A stretch of DNA of 64,000 nt, from the NCBI GenBank assembly GCA_032718475.1, contig JAUCBJ010008942.1, forward strand, positions 1-64,000, written 5' to 3'. The notes under the pieces are model-generated. The model made no database searches. It was given only the letters and a program-made list of their open reading frames with translations, and was not told the DNA's origin. The stretch is from Nemertoderma westbladi. Lineage: Eukaryota; Animalia; Xenacoelomorpha. Position numbers and translations under genes: made by a program. Shown here piece by piece: positions 26,109 to 38,221 of this stretch. Every line of letters starts with the position of its first letter. The first letter of the stretch is position 1.

Positions 26109-27139
26109 TTAATAGATTTTGATTCTTTATTGCTCAGTAGGCAATAAACACAAAACGGACCGGTAGGACGGTAAACTGTAGGCCTGATCTGAACTGGTAC
26201 TTACAGGTACAACAGTATTCATATGATTGTGATAATTATATACCAGTAGGTCTTTATACAATCGGGGACTGCAGCCCTGGTTTTTATTAGGATTTTACTT
26301 ATTTCTGTCAGTTTTATTTATCTGTAAGTGTAATATTGAGCAGAAGGCATGTAAGCCTGCTCAGATTGTATAAATAATTTGTAGGCTGGATTGTTGTCTA
26401 GATGTTGTTAGATCTGAGGCGATTGCAGTGTATGTAGAGTGTCTGTCCGATAAAGTGCTAGTTAGGAAGGTGGAGGCATACAGTGCTGTAAGGTAAATCC
26501 TCTACGAAAGAATAAGTCGTACTACGTAGTTAGAATGCCTACTAACTAACCATTTCGGAATTTGCATATACTGTAGTTTATTTAGGCTTGACAGTGGTCT
26601 GCCAGCATTTGGTCTGTATTTTGTTTGAATAGTCTGTAAGGGTAGAGTAATATTTATTATTCAGAGTTTATGCAAGTATTTGCAACCTACAACTCCCCAA
26701 GTTTATTCCTTACAGTAATTGTGCTTGTTATGCATACTGTTATAGTTAAATTAACCCCGGTACTACTTCAGAGCTGCTTGGCGTAGGTAAAGACTGGTGA
26801 TTTTGTGCTCAGGTCACTCCAGCAGATACCGTGGTTCTTTTGGCTGTTCACGTATATTTAACTGCTAGTTATATGTTGTATAAGTACTTGTACCTAATTT
26901 AGGGTTTAGAGTACCGTGCTCTCCTGAAAGTAATTTAGTGTGTAGGCAGTATACAGTCGGGGTCTCAAAGTGCATCTGTTCTTTGAGATTTTCTCAAAGA
27001 ACTAAAAGTGTCTCAAATTTCTAAAAGTGGTCCAAGAAAATGACAAAGTGTCCTCAAAGATTTCAAAGTAGTACTGTCAGTCATTTCATACAGTCCTGCC
27101 TGAAGCTGGCTATGGTATGGGGTATATTGACTTTGACTA

Positions 27140-27615
27140 CTAAAGGGTAAAATATAAGAAATAAAAACCTCTATGAAACAATAAAGATGCCTCCAAAAAA
27201 TACTGCAGTAATAAATATTTGTTACTGAAAGTAAGAATTAAACTTACTGCAGTACTAAAAAATTGTCTTTTTCTGCAGTAACAAATAATTTGTTACTGCA
27301 GTAGAAATTTGTATTCAATTATTTAATAATATTGACTTCTGCAGTATTAATTTTTATTCAATTATTTATTAATTTATTAATATTGATTATTGCAGTAATA
27401 AATATTTGTTACTGCAGTAATAAATATTTGTTACTGCAGTAATAAATATTTATTACTGCAGTAATAAATATTTATTACTGCAGTAATAAATATTTGTTAC
27501 TGCAGTAATTGTTATATGTTACTGCAGTAACTAATATTTAATACAGCAGTATTTTTTGTAGGAATTTTTATTGTTTCATAGAGGATATTATTAATTTATA
27601 TTTGGGCTCTTTAGA
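27140..27615. repeat. Foldback element with internal tandem TGCAGTAATAAATATTTGTTAC units
   Basis: cctctatgaaacaataaa / tttattgtttcatagagg inverted arms around 22-bp tandem units. Confidence 0.65.
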
Positions 27616-28401
27616 GACGCCGTAATTGCGGGCTATCGGAATGTGTTGGTATTTGTGTCATAGACAGTTTGTCTGTTGCCCTATCTATATTAATGTATAG
27701 TGCTAAAACTGTACTGTTTAAATTTGTTTAGCCCACGTGTACGCCGAACTCCTTTACCAATGCATTTCAATGGTCAACCAGCCATACTTTGCCGCACTGT
27801 AAATTGTGTTATACAAAGTAAAGAATAACGATAGAGGCAGGAATAAAGATAAATGATTCAAGCGCGCTAATTGGCTGTTCCCATAGATGTTTTAGGCATT
27901 GTTGGTGCGCAATGCATATGGTCAGAGCGACCGCCCAGTCTGCCAAAATCTATTATGTAATCAAATGGTACCACAAGCCAAGCAAAGCAAGTGACAGTTC
28001 TTTCCGACTCTGCACCTGTTTGTTTGAAGGTCGCCGACCGTGGGTCGCTACTCACTAGCTGTGATTGATAGTTTAAACTGGGTGCCGCTTTGCCAGAAGG
28101 CGGTACACATCAATTGAATATGAGGCAAACATTTAAAATATGCTCAAATATAAACGCCAGTGACAGGGGATATTTTAATATCTCTATTAAGCTAAAACAA
28201 CACAAGAGTGTAGCCGCTCTATCGTACTTGAAAGTCGAAAGCCTTTCTTAGTTTTTAAGAAGGAATTCTCGCGCTCTCGTCAACATAGTTATCATATTAA
28301 TTAAACAGTAAAGGTAGTACGGTTTGACCTGAGGTGACTAATGAAATGAATAACAAATGTTATTACAAGCTTTCTCCCAACAGGACTTCTTTAGGTCATT
28401 A

Positions 28402-30750
28402 TTAGGAGCCCGCTTGACAGCGGGATACTTACTGTAAGAATCTCAGGGATACTTTCTATAAAAATCTCAGGATACATTACACTGACTGACATACTGACTG
28501 ATAATTATCTAGGTTAAGGCACTTCCTGCCTGGCGATTTTGATGAAATTTTGCAAGTACATTGCTTTGGTGGTTCATAATCGCGTTACAAAATTTCAGAT
28601 CGATTCTATGTGTGGTATTCGATGCCCGCTTGACAGCGGGATACTTACTGTAAGAATCTCAGGGATACTTTCTGTAAAAATCTCAGGATACATTACACTG
28701 ACTGACATACTGACTGACATACTGACTGATAATTATCTAGGTTAAGGCATTTCCTGCCTGGCGATTTTGATGAAATTTTGCAAGTACATTGCTTTGGTGG
28801 TTCATAATCGCGTTACAAAATTTCAGATCGATTCTATGTGTGGTATTCGATATATTTAGTTTTTTGACATTGTTTTGTCGCGAAATTAAAAGCAATGGTA
28901 AAATAACAGCTGGTGTTCATGATGAAATGGCTTAATATGTTATACACAGTCATAGAAAAACGTGTTGGTTGCCAAGTTTTACTAGTAGGCTATAAGGAAA
29001 GGCAATGTTTACTCACACATAAGCTGTTGGTTTCTAATGTATTACCCCATAAGCTGATTGCTCTCCCAGTGCTTCCTAAGGGTATATCTACAATAAGGAT
29101 ACTCACTCTGCTATGTTAGGGGGTGGATCAGGAGAATGAATTTTAGTTACACAAAGCAGTGTGTTGTGTCCTATTGCAGTCGATACTCACTGTGGATTGC
29201 AAAATGTTTTATAGTTGACCTACACTATAATACAGTAGTTGCATGTATTTAAGGAGCCCGCTCTGGCCTACCGCCTAAGGAGTACCTATATTACATATTC
29301 ACATAGAATTCACTGGGAAGAGATATTCCGCTTGACGACGGGGTAATACCTATAGAAGGAAACTAAATTTGTTATTTGGCTCTATTCGTTGTTATTTATC
29401 TGGTTGTGCATCATGGGCATTTTTTATAAATATTCGGTAATCGCATCTTATATCTTGTAAACGTTCTTGATAATGAAATTATTTGCTTCATATTATATTT
29501 TTGTTAGTGGTAGCCAAGTTGCATTTTTTATTATGTGGGGCGAGCCACAAAGTCAGCTAGCCTCACGCCTTGCAGTTTAGACAATTTTAGTTTACTTACT
29601 GCTGACTGACATAGTTCTTTGTAATAGTCTTGGCTAGGATTTTTCCCCCGGGCTCCTTCCAGCCAGCTTGCTGGCTTTCTAGTTAGGAGCCCGCTTGACA
29701 GCGGGATACTTACTGTAAGAATCTCAGGGATACTTTCTGTAAAAATCTCAGGATACATTACACTGACTGACTGACTGACATACTGACTGATAATTATCTA
29801 GGTTAAGGCACTTCCTGCCTGGCGATTTTGATGAAATTTTGCAAGTACATTGCTTTGGTGGTTCATAATCGCGTTACAAAATTTCAGATCGATTCTATGT
29901 GTGGTATTCGATATATTTAGTTTTTTGACATTGTTTTGTCGCGAAATTAAAAGCAATGGTAAAATAACAGCTGGTGTTCATGATGAAATATGGCTTAATA
30001 TGTTATACACAGTCATAGAAAAACGTGTTGGTTGCCAAGTTTTACTAGTAGGCTATAAGGAAAGGCAATGTTTACTCACACATAAGCTGTTGGTTTCTAA
30101 TCTATTACCCCATAAGCTGATTGCTCTCCCAGTGCTTCCTAAGGGTATATCTACAATAAGGTTACTCACTCTGCTATGTTAGGGGGTGGATCAGGAGAAT
30201 GAATTTTAGTTACACAAAGCAGTGTGTTGTGTCCTATTGCAGTCGATACTCACTGTGGATTGCAAAATGTTTTATAGTTGACCTACAGTATAATACAGTA
30301 GTTGCATGTATTTAAGGAGCCCGCTCTGGCCTACCGCCTAAGGAGTACCTATATTACATATTCACATATAATTCACTGGGAAGAGATATTCCGCTTGACG
30401 ACGGGGTACGGTAATACCTATAGAAGGAAACTAAATTTGTTATTTGGCTCTATTCGTTGTTATTTATCTGGTTGTGCATCATGGGCATTTTTTATAAATA
30501 TTCGGTAATCGCATCTTATATCTTGTAAACGTTCTTGATAATGAAATTATTTGCTTCATATTATATTTTTGTTAGTGGTAGCTAAGTTGCATTTTTTATT
30601 ATGTGGGGCGAGCCACAAAGTCAGCTAGCCTCACGCCTTGCAGTTTAGACAATTTTAGTTTACTTACTGCTGACTGACATAGTTCTTTGTAATAGTCTTG
30701 GCTAGGATTTTTCCCCCGGGCTCCTTCCAGCCAGCTTGCTGGCTTTCTAG
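28402..30750 (+). mobile_element. Head-to-tail dimer of a non-autonomous Helitron-like element (28402-29682 and 29683-30750)
   Basis: Each unit ends in hairpin AGCCAGC-TT-GCTGGCT followed by TTCTAG. The dimer lies between A and T with no TSD. Internal (ACTG)n microsatellite. Confidence 0.7.
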
Positions 30751-31385
30751 TAATGAAACTGCGTATACACAGAGAAACTACAGAGAAGTTTCTCTTATAT
30801 TAATTGTTAATCTGATATTGTATTATGTTATTAAAATAATCAATCTTGTCAAGCATTAATCTTGTTTCACAAATTATGTTTCATGTATTATTTGAATGAA
30901 TGTTTTTTAGAAAGACTTTAGTGTGCCGTAAATTCAATTTGTACTTGCGACCGAAAACCCATCCTGTAATGACCTCAGGAACCTCAATTTGATAAATTAA
31001 TGGGAATATAGCTTCTATGCAACAACTGGCCAACACACAAGTATCACTTTGTTGCCCGCATAATATTGTTCCCCGAGAATGCCTCTGCCTCTCAGTTAAC
31101 TTACCACGAGCTGTCAATCAGGAATACCTCAGAGTTTATTTTCTCAAAGAATTAAAAGTGCCGCAAACTACCTCAAAGTGACATTTCTCAAAGAATTCAA
31201 AGAATTCAAAGTGCCTAAAAGCAGGAAATCACTTTGAGATTCCCAACTAAAAGTGTCTACAAGAATTCAAAGCGGCCGTTGGGAGTAATGACTTTTAGAC
31301 ACTTTTAGAAAAACTTTGAGAAAATCTCAAAGAACAGATGCACTTTGAGACCCCGACTGTATTTGTGTTGTAACGTGGTTAATAG

Positions 31386-34170
31386 TGTGACGGGATCCGA
31401 GAATCCCGATTTATCCGGTTGGTTATCTTATTTATGCGTCCCCGCCATTTGTGTGTGAAAAGAGTTCTGATGTTGTTGATTTACTCTGACTTTTCTTGGT
31501 CCGTATGTATAAATATAGAATATAATCGAATAAAGCATAAGCGCAGTTGATTGATAGGTGAATGAGTAAGTACCGGTAAAATGGTTGAATAATGATGGCG
31601 GCAGTGGACGGTAATAAGAGTTCCCGTTCTGCCCTAACTAAACCGACTAACTAAGTGAATAAGTGAGGAACAGTAACTGGTAATATATTGCACTGATTTG
31701 GCCGTATTACATTACTCAGCGGATGCCTGCCCCCCATTGGCTAATAACCCACTTCTCGCCTCCTATCCCTCTGGGAGTGTTTTCCCCCCCGCTACTGTCA
31801 CTCTCTCTCCCTCGGAGGTGTAACCTCTAACCCCCATTGTGTGTGTGTCCCTTTTGGGGTTTGTCGCCCCGTTTATTGGGGTGATACGAGGTTGATTGGC
31901 AATCAACCTCGTACTCCCAATATTGCTTAAAGGCCCTACTTGGCTAACTTTATGGGGTGGTTAGCGGAATTGAATTCGCTAACACTCCCCCCCATGCTAT
32001 CTTCCCGGTGAGAAGATAGCATCCACCTCTAGTGCGCTACAATTCCGCTGGATCCCGATCTACTATCGGGTGTGGGGTGGAATTATTTTCTTTGGAGCCG
32101 GCTTTCCAGGCCGCTCCCTATGGGTATGATATCGCTACCCCGTATTGGTGCAACTCTATCTATCTTGCACCAAGACATCTGGCGTCCCGTGTTGGGCCGA
32201 TTGTGGACTTCTCTCACACAATTTTTGTTTCCCCAACACTCTCGCCACTCTAACTCCACTCTCACCCTGACTTTCCTTTATTCCTCTTTTACTTCCGCTC
32301 TAATTCTTGGACCCCCTTGTCCCTCATTCTGCCTCTTACTTCTCCCCCCCCCCCCACACTTGAATTGCACCCGCACTCTCTCCACGCTATTACTCAACCC
32401 CTATCTCACCCACTTACTCCTGACGAGTCTCACCCCCCTCCTGTGCCGTCGCACTCAAGAAGTGTGATGTCGTCCAATGTCTCGTCTGTGATTCACAGTA
32501 CCATAGTCAAGTGGTCCCCAGTCCCAGTAGCTAATTGAGAAAAGGTTATATGGCTATAGTACTTACTTTGATTATATTTTCTTGCTAAACTAATGATTAC
32601 TACATACGTACATATTAATTGCACTTTTAGTTATTTATTATATTTACTTAGGAGTTCGCACTTCTCATGCGGCACCTTCCAGGCGTCCCACTTCCAACTT
32701 CTAGTTCGTTCCACCTGACTTCGGGAACCATCTCAACTCCTTCCCTCTGTTGTCCTCCTCCCTTGGTCGTTTCCTGGCCGCTGCCGCTCCCTTGGTCTTA
32801 TCTCCCTTCAGGCTCCTGACCCTCGCCGCCACCTCTCTACTGATCCTGGTCATCGACTCCTTGGGCGCTGGTGTTATCAGCTCCCGGTATCGCTTCGCGG
32901 CTGGCCCCTCCGAGTGGCCCTGTTGTCTCCCCCTGGTGGCGTCCAATAGGATCACTTTCATCGCCCGCGGCACATGCTCCGCCAAGAAATCTCTGAACTC
33001 CCCTCTGTTCTGTGGCGTCTACCTGTCCAAATACTTCTGCATATTTATCACCCCGGCATACGACGCCGTCGTCGCTACCTCCTGGTAGGTAAATGGAAGT
33101 CTCCGTTTCAAAATCTCCATGTGGTCTTCCTGATTGATATTAAAGAAGCCCCACCGGAACTCCTGGGCCTTCATACGTTGCCGAGTCATGGCCCCGATGT
33201 CGGCCCACTCCTCGAAGATCCTAAACTTCTCTTCATCGTCCATCCAGTCGCACTGGCGTCCGTAGTGCCCCCGGAAGTTGCACTTCGAACGGCGGTTGTG
33301 CAACCGTGGACACGCCCCCATCCTGTGGCTCGACTCGCGGCAGTAGAGACAACTAGTCCCTTTCTGGAACCGGTACAAACAGCTCCTTTCCTGGTGGGTT
33401 TGCCTCCCACAGTAATCACAGCCGAGCACCAATGTCTCCAGCCCCACGTCGTCTTTCATCCCAAGTGATCTCCGCGGTCTGTGGAGTCGCTGGTAAGTGA
33501 ACTTCTGGACGTTAGCATCCCTGTCCATGTCTATCTCCTCGCCCCTCCTGGGCATCGTCTCCCCGAATACTACCCGTGGTGCCGTTCCCGGTTGCATGCC
33601 CAACCTGATGGTGCTCCCCGCGAAATCCATCGCCGGCTCCTCATGCACCCAGGCCCACTTGCCGGGTCTATCCCAGAAGGCTCTCGCCCCACTGGCCGTC
33701 ACCACCCTCCCGCCAACCCAGTCCGTGTCCGAGTGGCCGATCCTCCCGATGGGCGGCATCTCTCCGAACTCGTCGTCATCCTCGTCCTCCTCTGGGAGTG
33801 GCTCCAACCCCGGTATCCCGGTGGACCCACTGTGTCCCTTCCCACCTTGGCTCTTGCCCGTGACTTTCCATCCTTCCAGCTCCCCTAGCCTCCTTAGCGG
33901 GTGATCGCCCTCGGCGCCCGCTGGTATGGGCGTCACCTGCGATCCCGATGTCGACTGTTTCGGTGATCCCACCGTCCACCCTAATTCTCGCCCTAGAGAC
34001 TCCCCCGAACTCTCTGATGACGTCCAACGAAGTTCGTCTAAGGCCGCCTGTTCCTCGAAGCCGTAGCTCTGCGCTCTAGCTTCTTCCTCCCTTTCCTCTG
34101 CCTCTCTCCTTTCCTGTCTAGCGATTTCTTCCAATCGCTTCGCTTCGCTTCCGTTAGCTCTCGTTGGCTT
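31386..34170 (-). mobile_element. LTR element D2 (same family as D1), 3' LTR plus 3' internal region, 5'-truncated
   Basis: LTR 31386-31984 and PPT/adjacent region homologous to D1 6591-7520. The C leader resumes at ~34171. Confidence 0.85.
32701..34134 (-). CDS. Accessory Cys/His (zinc-knuckle-like) protein of D2, with one in-frame stop at 33019
   Basis: CDYCGRQTHQERSC, CLYCRESSHRMGACP, CNFRGHYGRQC. ORF 32701-32985 continues in the same frame after the TAG. Confidence 0.65.
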
Positions 34171-35548
34171 CGATAATTAACCTCTAGGTATAGGACACTC
34201 CGGGTACATAACGTAGTGCTTATAGTTTAAGACTATAAGCCGCCAGATGGTGGCATTTCCTTATCTGGACAACGCAACATACTTACTATTACTTTATTGG
34301 TTTCAAATACCGTAATTTCCTGTCAGTTTGTAAGAACCAGAAATTCTAACTCCTTGTTAGTCTGGTTCGTAAATTTCTTGTTAAATTACCCTAAAAAATT
34401 GTAAGTGTAACTTGTTTATTGTTTATTTAGAGATTGTGTAATCTCAACCCGATACGTAAGTAATTTGTAGTGATAAGTAACTTAGTTAAGTAGAATTATC
34501 AGTATTAGTGTCTAACAAGTAGCACTCCACTGAGAGCGTCCAGCCTCTGTATAGTGACTTCTTACACAGAAATAATAACATTTATTTCAAATATTGTCAA
34601 AACCCATTACGGGTATATATATATATATATATTTATAAATTAATTCAATCAGATTTATAAATTAATAGGCCTGTTATACATCAATTAGGTCTTAATATCA
34701 GTTGAACTACTGCTTACTATCAGTAATAAAGTAAAGGGAAGTAATCCCTAAAATTGGAAAATCAGTTATTATTAAATAATTGACATTACCGGTATTTACG
34801 GTAAGCTTATTATATTTATATAAATTAGGCTAATACCGGTATTCTGTTACTGATCCGGTCAGGACTATACTGGTCAGGTCAGGTCCCCAGATCCTGCTAC
34901 CACTATGGCAGTAATGTGGTACTACCTGTAGCTGTCAGCCCAGTAGGGCAGGCCCGATAAGCATAGCCTATTCATTATTTAGTTGATCAAGAGTGGGTTG
35001 GTTCAGCCCCGTCAACTAAATAAGTCATTGAGGGCTATAGCGCCTAGGGCACCATTGAAGGCAAAGGCTTGATACGCATCTGCATTAGAGATAATACAAG
35101 CCCCGCCCTGTCTATACTGGATGCTCCTCTACCAGTGTTAGGTAATCTAACCCAGGAGGCACACTTGGTTCAGGGTGTAACAAATGGACCCCTACAGTCG
35201 GCAGCAGGGCTGTAGGCCATGGATAGGCGGAAGGTAATCAACCAACGGCTAGACATGCTGACAAGGTCGGTGGAAGGTAATCAACCAACGGCGACCTACT
35301 GCGAAGACGCTTGTAGGAGTTGCGACCACAAGCGGTTTACCCCTGCAACTGAAAGATATGAGTATGAGAACCCTCCAGGAGAAATACCGGCTCGGTCGTC
35401 GCCCGGGTCAACAAGGACCGCGTCCCTCAGTGGTACACCAGGCTGGGGTCGATAAATTGGCTACTGGAACAGAAGACAGAGAAGAAAGAAGAACCAACCT
35501 GTTGAAATGTAAAAAGACACTAAAGATTGCTACAATGAACGCACGCAC

Positions 35549-38221
35549 GTGAAAGCACAGAGCAAACAGGGTGACATGGTCGCTCTGGCAATGGAATATA
35601 ACATCGACATCATCTGCATCCAAGAACATCGGATTTGTCATGAAGACACTGCCATGAAGTACAATGACATTGGAAATGGATGGACGTTAGTAACAAGCTC
35701 AGCAGTAAGAAACTCGGCCAATGCATCAATTGGTGGAGTAGGAATTCTGCTAAGCCCATTTGCACTTAAGACCCTAAACAACATCGAATCTATAAATTCC
35801 AGGGTTATGATCGCAACATTTGATGGGAATCCCAAGACAACAGTTATATGTTGCTACAGTCCAACCAATGCATCAGAGCCAGAACATGCAGTCAAGTTTT
35901 ATGAAGAACTGACTGGACTTATTAAGGACATCCCGAAACACAATGTTAAAGTCATTGCGGGTGACCTGAATGCGCAAATTGGCCCAGAAGACATCAAGGG
36001 TTACACCTATAACACCAGTTCTAACAGAAATGGGTACTTACTCTTAGACCTAATGGAAGAATGTGAATTGATACCAACAAACAACACATTCGAAAAGAGT
36101 AAGGGGAAGCTATGGACCTTTCAATACCCTAATGGAACCAAAGCACAACTGGATTACATCCTTATAAACAAAAAGTGGAGAAATAGCATGATCAACTGCG
36201 AGGCATACAGCTCGTTCAACCTAATTGGTTCGGACCACAGAATTGTGACTGCAGAGATCAGACTCAGTTTGAGAGCCAGCAAATCCAGGACAAGCAAGCA
36301 AATCAACTATGACTGGGAGAAACTCAGAACTGACAATGCTGTAAAGGATGCTTATACAGTAGATGTTCAAAACCGCTTTGAAGCACTTCAGTCAATGGAT
36401 GAAGACCAATCCACCGATTCAATATACCAGAATATAATAACAGCCCACAAGGAATCAGCTAAGAGGCATATCCCCCAGAAACCTAAACGAAAACAGTATG
36501 TGCCATGGCAAAACTCTGAGGTTACTTGTAAGAGAGAAGATCTTAAGATAGCCTACAGAGTTAAAACCGAACAACCAACAACCGAAAACATTAACAAGGT
36601 TGAGAAAGCTAAGGACGATCTTAAATTGGCCTACAACATCAGCCAGGAAAAGTACATACAGGATAAAACTGAAGCAATTACAACTGCTCACATACAGCAA
36701 CAATCAAGACTTACCTGGCAAACTGTAAATGAGGTATCTGGTCGGAAAAGTTGTGTAAAGGGGCGCCTCAAAGCCGATAGTCCTGAAGAACGTGTTGGGA
36801 AGTGGAAAAATCACTTCAGCAACTTGCTTGGGCAGCCACCAAACATCGAGGTCAGCCCTACAAGGAAAATATATGACAAGACACTACCTATAGAAACAGG
36901 GGACTTCACACCTGCCGAACTCCAAAGAAGCATTAAAAGCATGTCCAATAATAAAGCGAGTGGATTAGATGAAATCCCAGCGGAGGTATGGAAAACCGGA
37001 GTGCTAAATAGACCATTATTGAATGTTTGCAACCGGATGTTAAAAGGGGAAAAGCCACCACCAATTTGGACTAAAGGTCAACTAAAGCCTCTCCCCAAGA
37101 AAGGAGACCTCGGCATACCAACAAACTATCGTGGGATCTGTCTGCTTGTGGTAGCTGCCAAAATATACAATAAAATGATTCTATATAGGATTAGGCCTCA
37201 CATAGAGAAACTACTGCGTAAGAGCCAAAACGGATTTCGACCAAGTAGATCAACAATAGCTCAGATACTTGCACTACGGAGACTGATTGAAGGAATTAAG
37301 TCAAAGAATCTCCCCGCAGTCATGACTTTTGTGGACTTCAAGAAGGCATTCGACTCCATCCATAGAGGTAAAATGCTTGAAATCCTAAGAGCTTATGGAA
37401 TACCAGAAGTAATTGTTGCTGGCATTGGATTGCTATATTGTGACACAGAAGCGCAGGTACTCTCACCAGATGGTGAAACTGAGTTTTTCTCAATCCTGGC
37501 TGGCGTACTGCAAGGTGACACATTAGCACCATTACTATTTGTAATTGTGCTGGATTACGCAATGAGGACGGCCACAAAGGGTGAAGATCTGGGATTCACA
37601 CTTCAAGAACGCAGAAGTAGTAGATATCCGGTAACTACAGTCACAGACACCGACTTTGCGGATGACATCGCCCTGCTCTCTAATACGCTAGAAGATGCAC
37701 AGCTTCTACTAAATAAAGTGGAGAGGGCTGCTAAGGAGGTTGGATTGCATATAAATGCTACCAAGACCGAATTCATGACCTTTAATGTTGATGGAAACTT
37801 GACAACCATTGATAATAATCAACTAAGGCAGGTCGATGACTTCCAGTACCTTGGATCATGGATAGAGAGTAGCAAAAAGGATATAGAAGTTAGGAAAGCA
37901 AAGGCTTGGGTAGCTCTATCAAAAATGGATACCATCTGGAAATCAGATCTCTCCAGGCACCTGAAGACCAAGTTCTTTCGAGCCACAGTGGAAAGTGTAT
38001 TTTTATACGGGGGTGAGACCTGGACACTGACTAAATCACTTGAACAACGAATTGATGGTTGCTACACAAGACTACTAAGGGCAGCCCTAAACATCAGCTG
38101 GAGACAACACATGACAAACGCCGAGCTTTATGGTACAATACCACCTGTATCAACCACCCTCCGTGAATGCAGATTAAGATTCAGTGGGCACTGCTGGCGA
38201 AGTAAATGTACGCGCTTTTGA
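35549..38221 (+). CDS. LINE APE endonuclease-reverse transcriptase (N-terminal frameshift at ~35550; C-terminus displaced to 53935-54126)
   Basis: IICIQEHR, GDLNAQ, QLDYIL, SDHR (APE). FVDFKKAFDS, GVLQGDTLAP, FADD, FQYLGS (RT). Confidence 0.93.
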   Translation: MKAQSKQGDMVALAMEYNIDIICIQEHRICHEDTAMKYNDIGNGWTLVTSSAVRNSANASIGGVGILLSPFALKTLNNIESINSRVMIATFDGNPKTTVICCYSPTNASEPEHAVKFYEELTGLIKDIPKHNVKVIAGDLNAQIGPEDIKGYTYNTSSNRNGYLLLDLMEECELIPTNNTFEKSKGKLWTFQYPNGTKAQLDYILINKKWRNSMINCEAYSSFNLIGSDHRIVTAEIRLSLRASKSRTSKQINYDWEKLRTDNAVKDAYTVDVQNRFEALQSMDEDQSTDSIYQNIITAHKESAKRHIPQKPKRKQYVPWQNSEVTCKREDLKIAYRVKTEQPTTENINKVEKAKDDLKLAYNISQEKYIQDKTEAITTAHIQQQSRLTWQTVNEVSGRKSCVKGRLKADSPEERVGKWKNHFSNLLGQPPNIEVSPTRKIYDKTLPIETGDFTPAELQRSIKSMSNNKASGLDEIPAEVWKTGVLNRPLLNVCNRMLKGEKPPPIWTKGQLKPLPKKGDLGIPTNYRGICLLVVAAKIYNKMILYRIRPHIEKLLRKSQNGFRPSRSTIAQILALRRLIEGIKSKNLPAVMTFVDFKKAFDSIHRGKMLEILRAYGIPEVIVAGIGLLYCDTEAQVLSPDGETEFFSILAGVLQGDTLAPLLFVIVLDYAMRTATKGEDLGFTLQERRSSRYPVTTVTDTDFADDIALLSNTLEDAQLLLNKVERAAKEVGLHINATKTEFMTFNVDGNLTTIDNNQLRQVDDFQYLGSWIESSKKDIEVRKAKAWVALSKMDTIWKSDLSRHLKTKFFRATVESVFLYGGETWTLTKSLEQRIDGCYTRLLRAALNISWRQHMTNAELYGTIPPVSTTLRECRLRFSGHCWRSKCTRF

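Larger units (their letters stand above)
26954..31359. mobile_element. Non-autonomous TA-targeting TIR transposon (Tc1/mariner-like termini)
   Basis: Perfect 46-bp TIR CAGTCGGGGTCTCAAAGTGCATCTGTTCTTTGAGATTTTCTCAAAG, TA duplication, subterminal TCAAAG repeats, no transposase ORF. Confidence 0.88.

Noticed and set aside
27380-27540. 22-bp repeats as a CRISPR/regulatory array
   Set aside because: Simple tandem repeat inside a foldback element, with no spacers.
28539-30508. Short duplicated ORFs
   Set aside because: Alternative-start ORFs within the non-coding Helitron-like repeat, with no motifs.
34219-34239. AGTTTAAGAC identical to the D1 PBS near the D2 break
   Set aside because: It lies in a hairpin of the BEL C leader homologous to ACCTATAG..CTATAGGT in A/B, so it is treated as coincidence.
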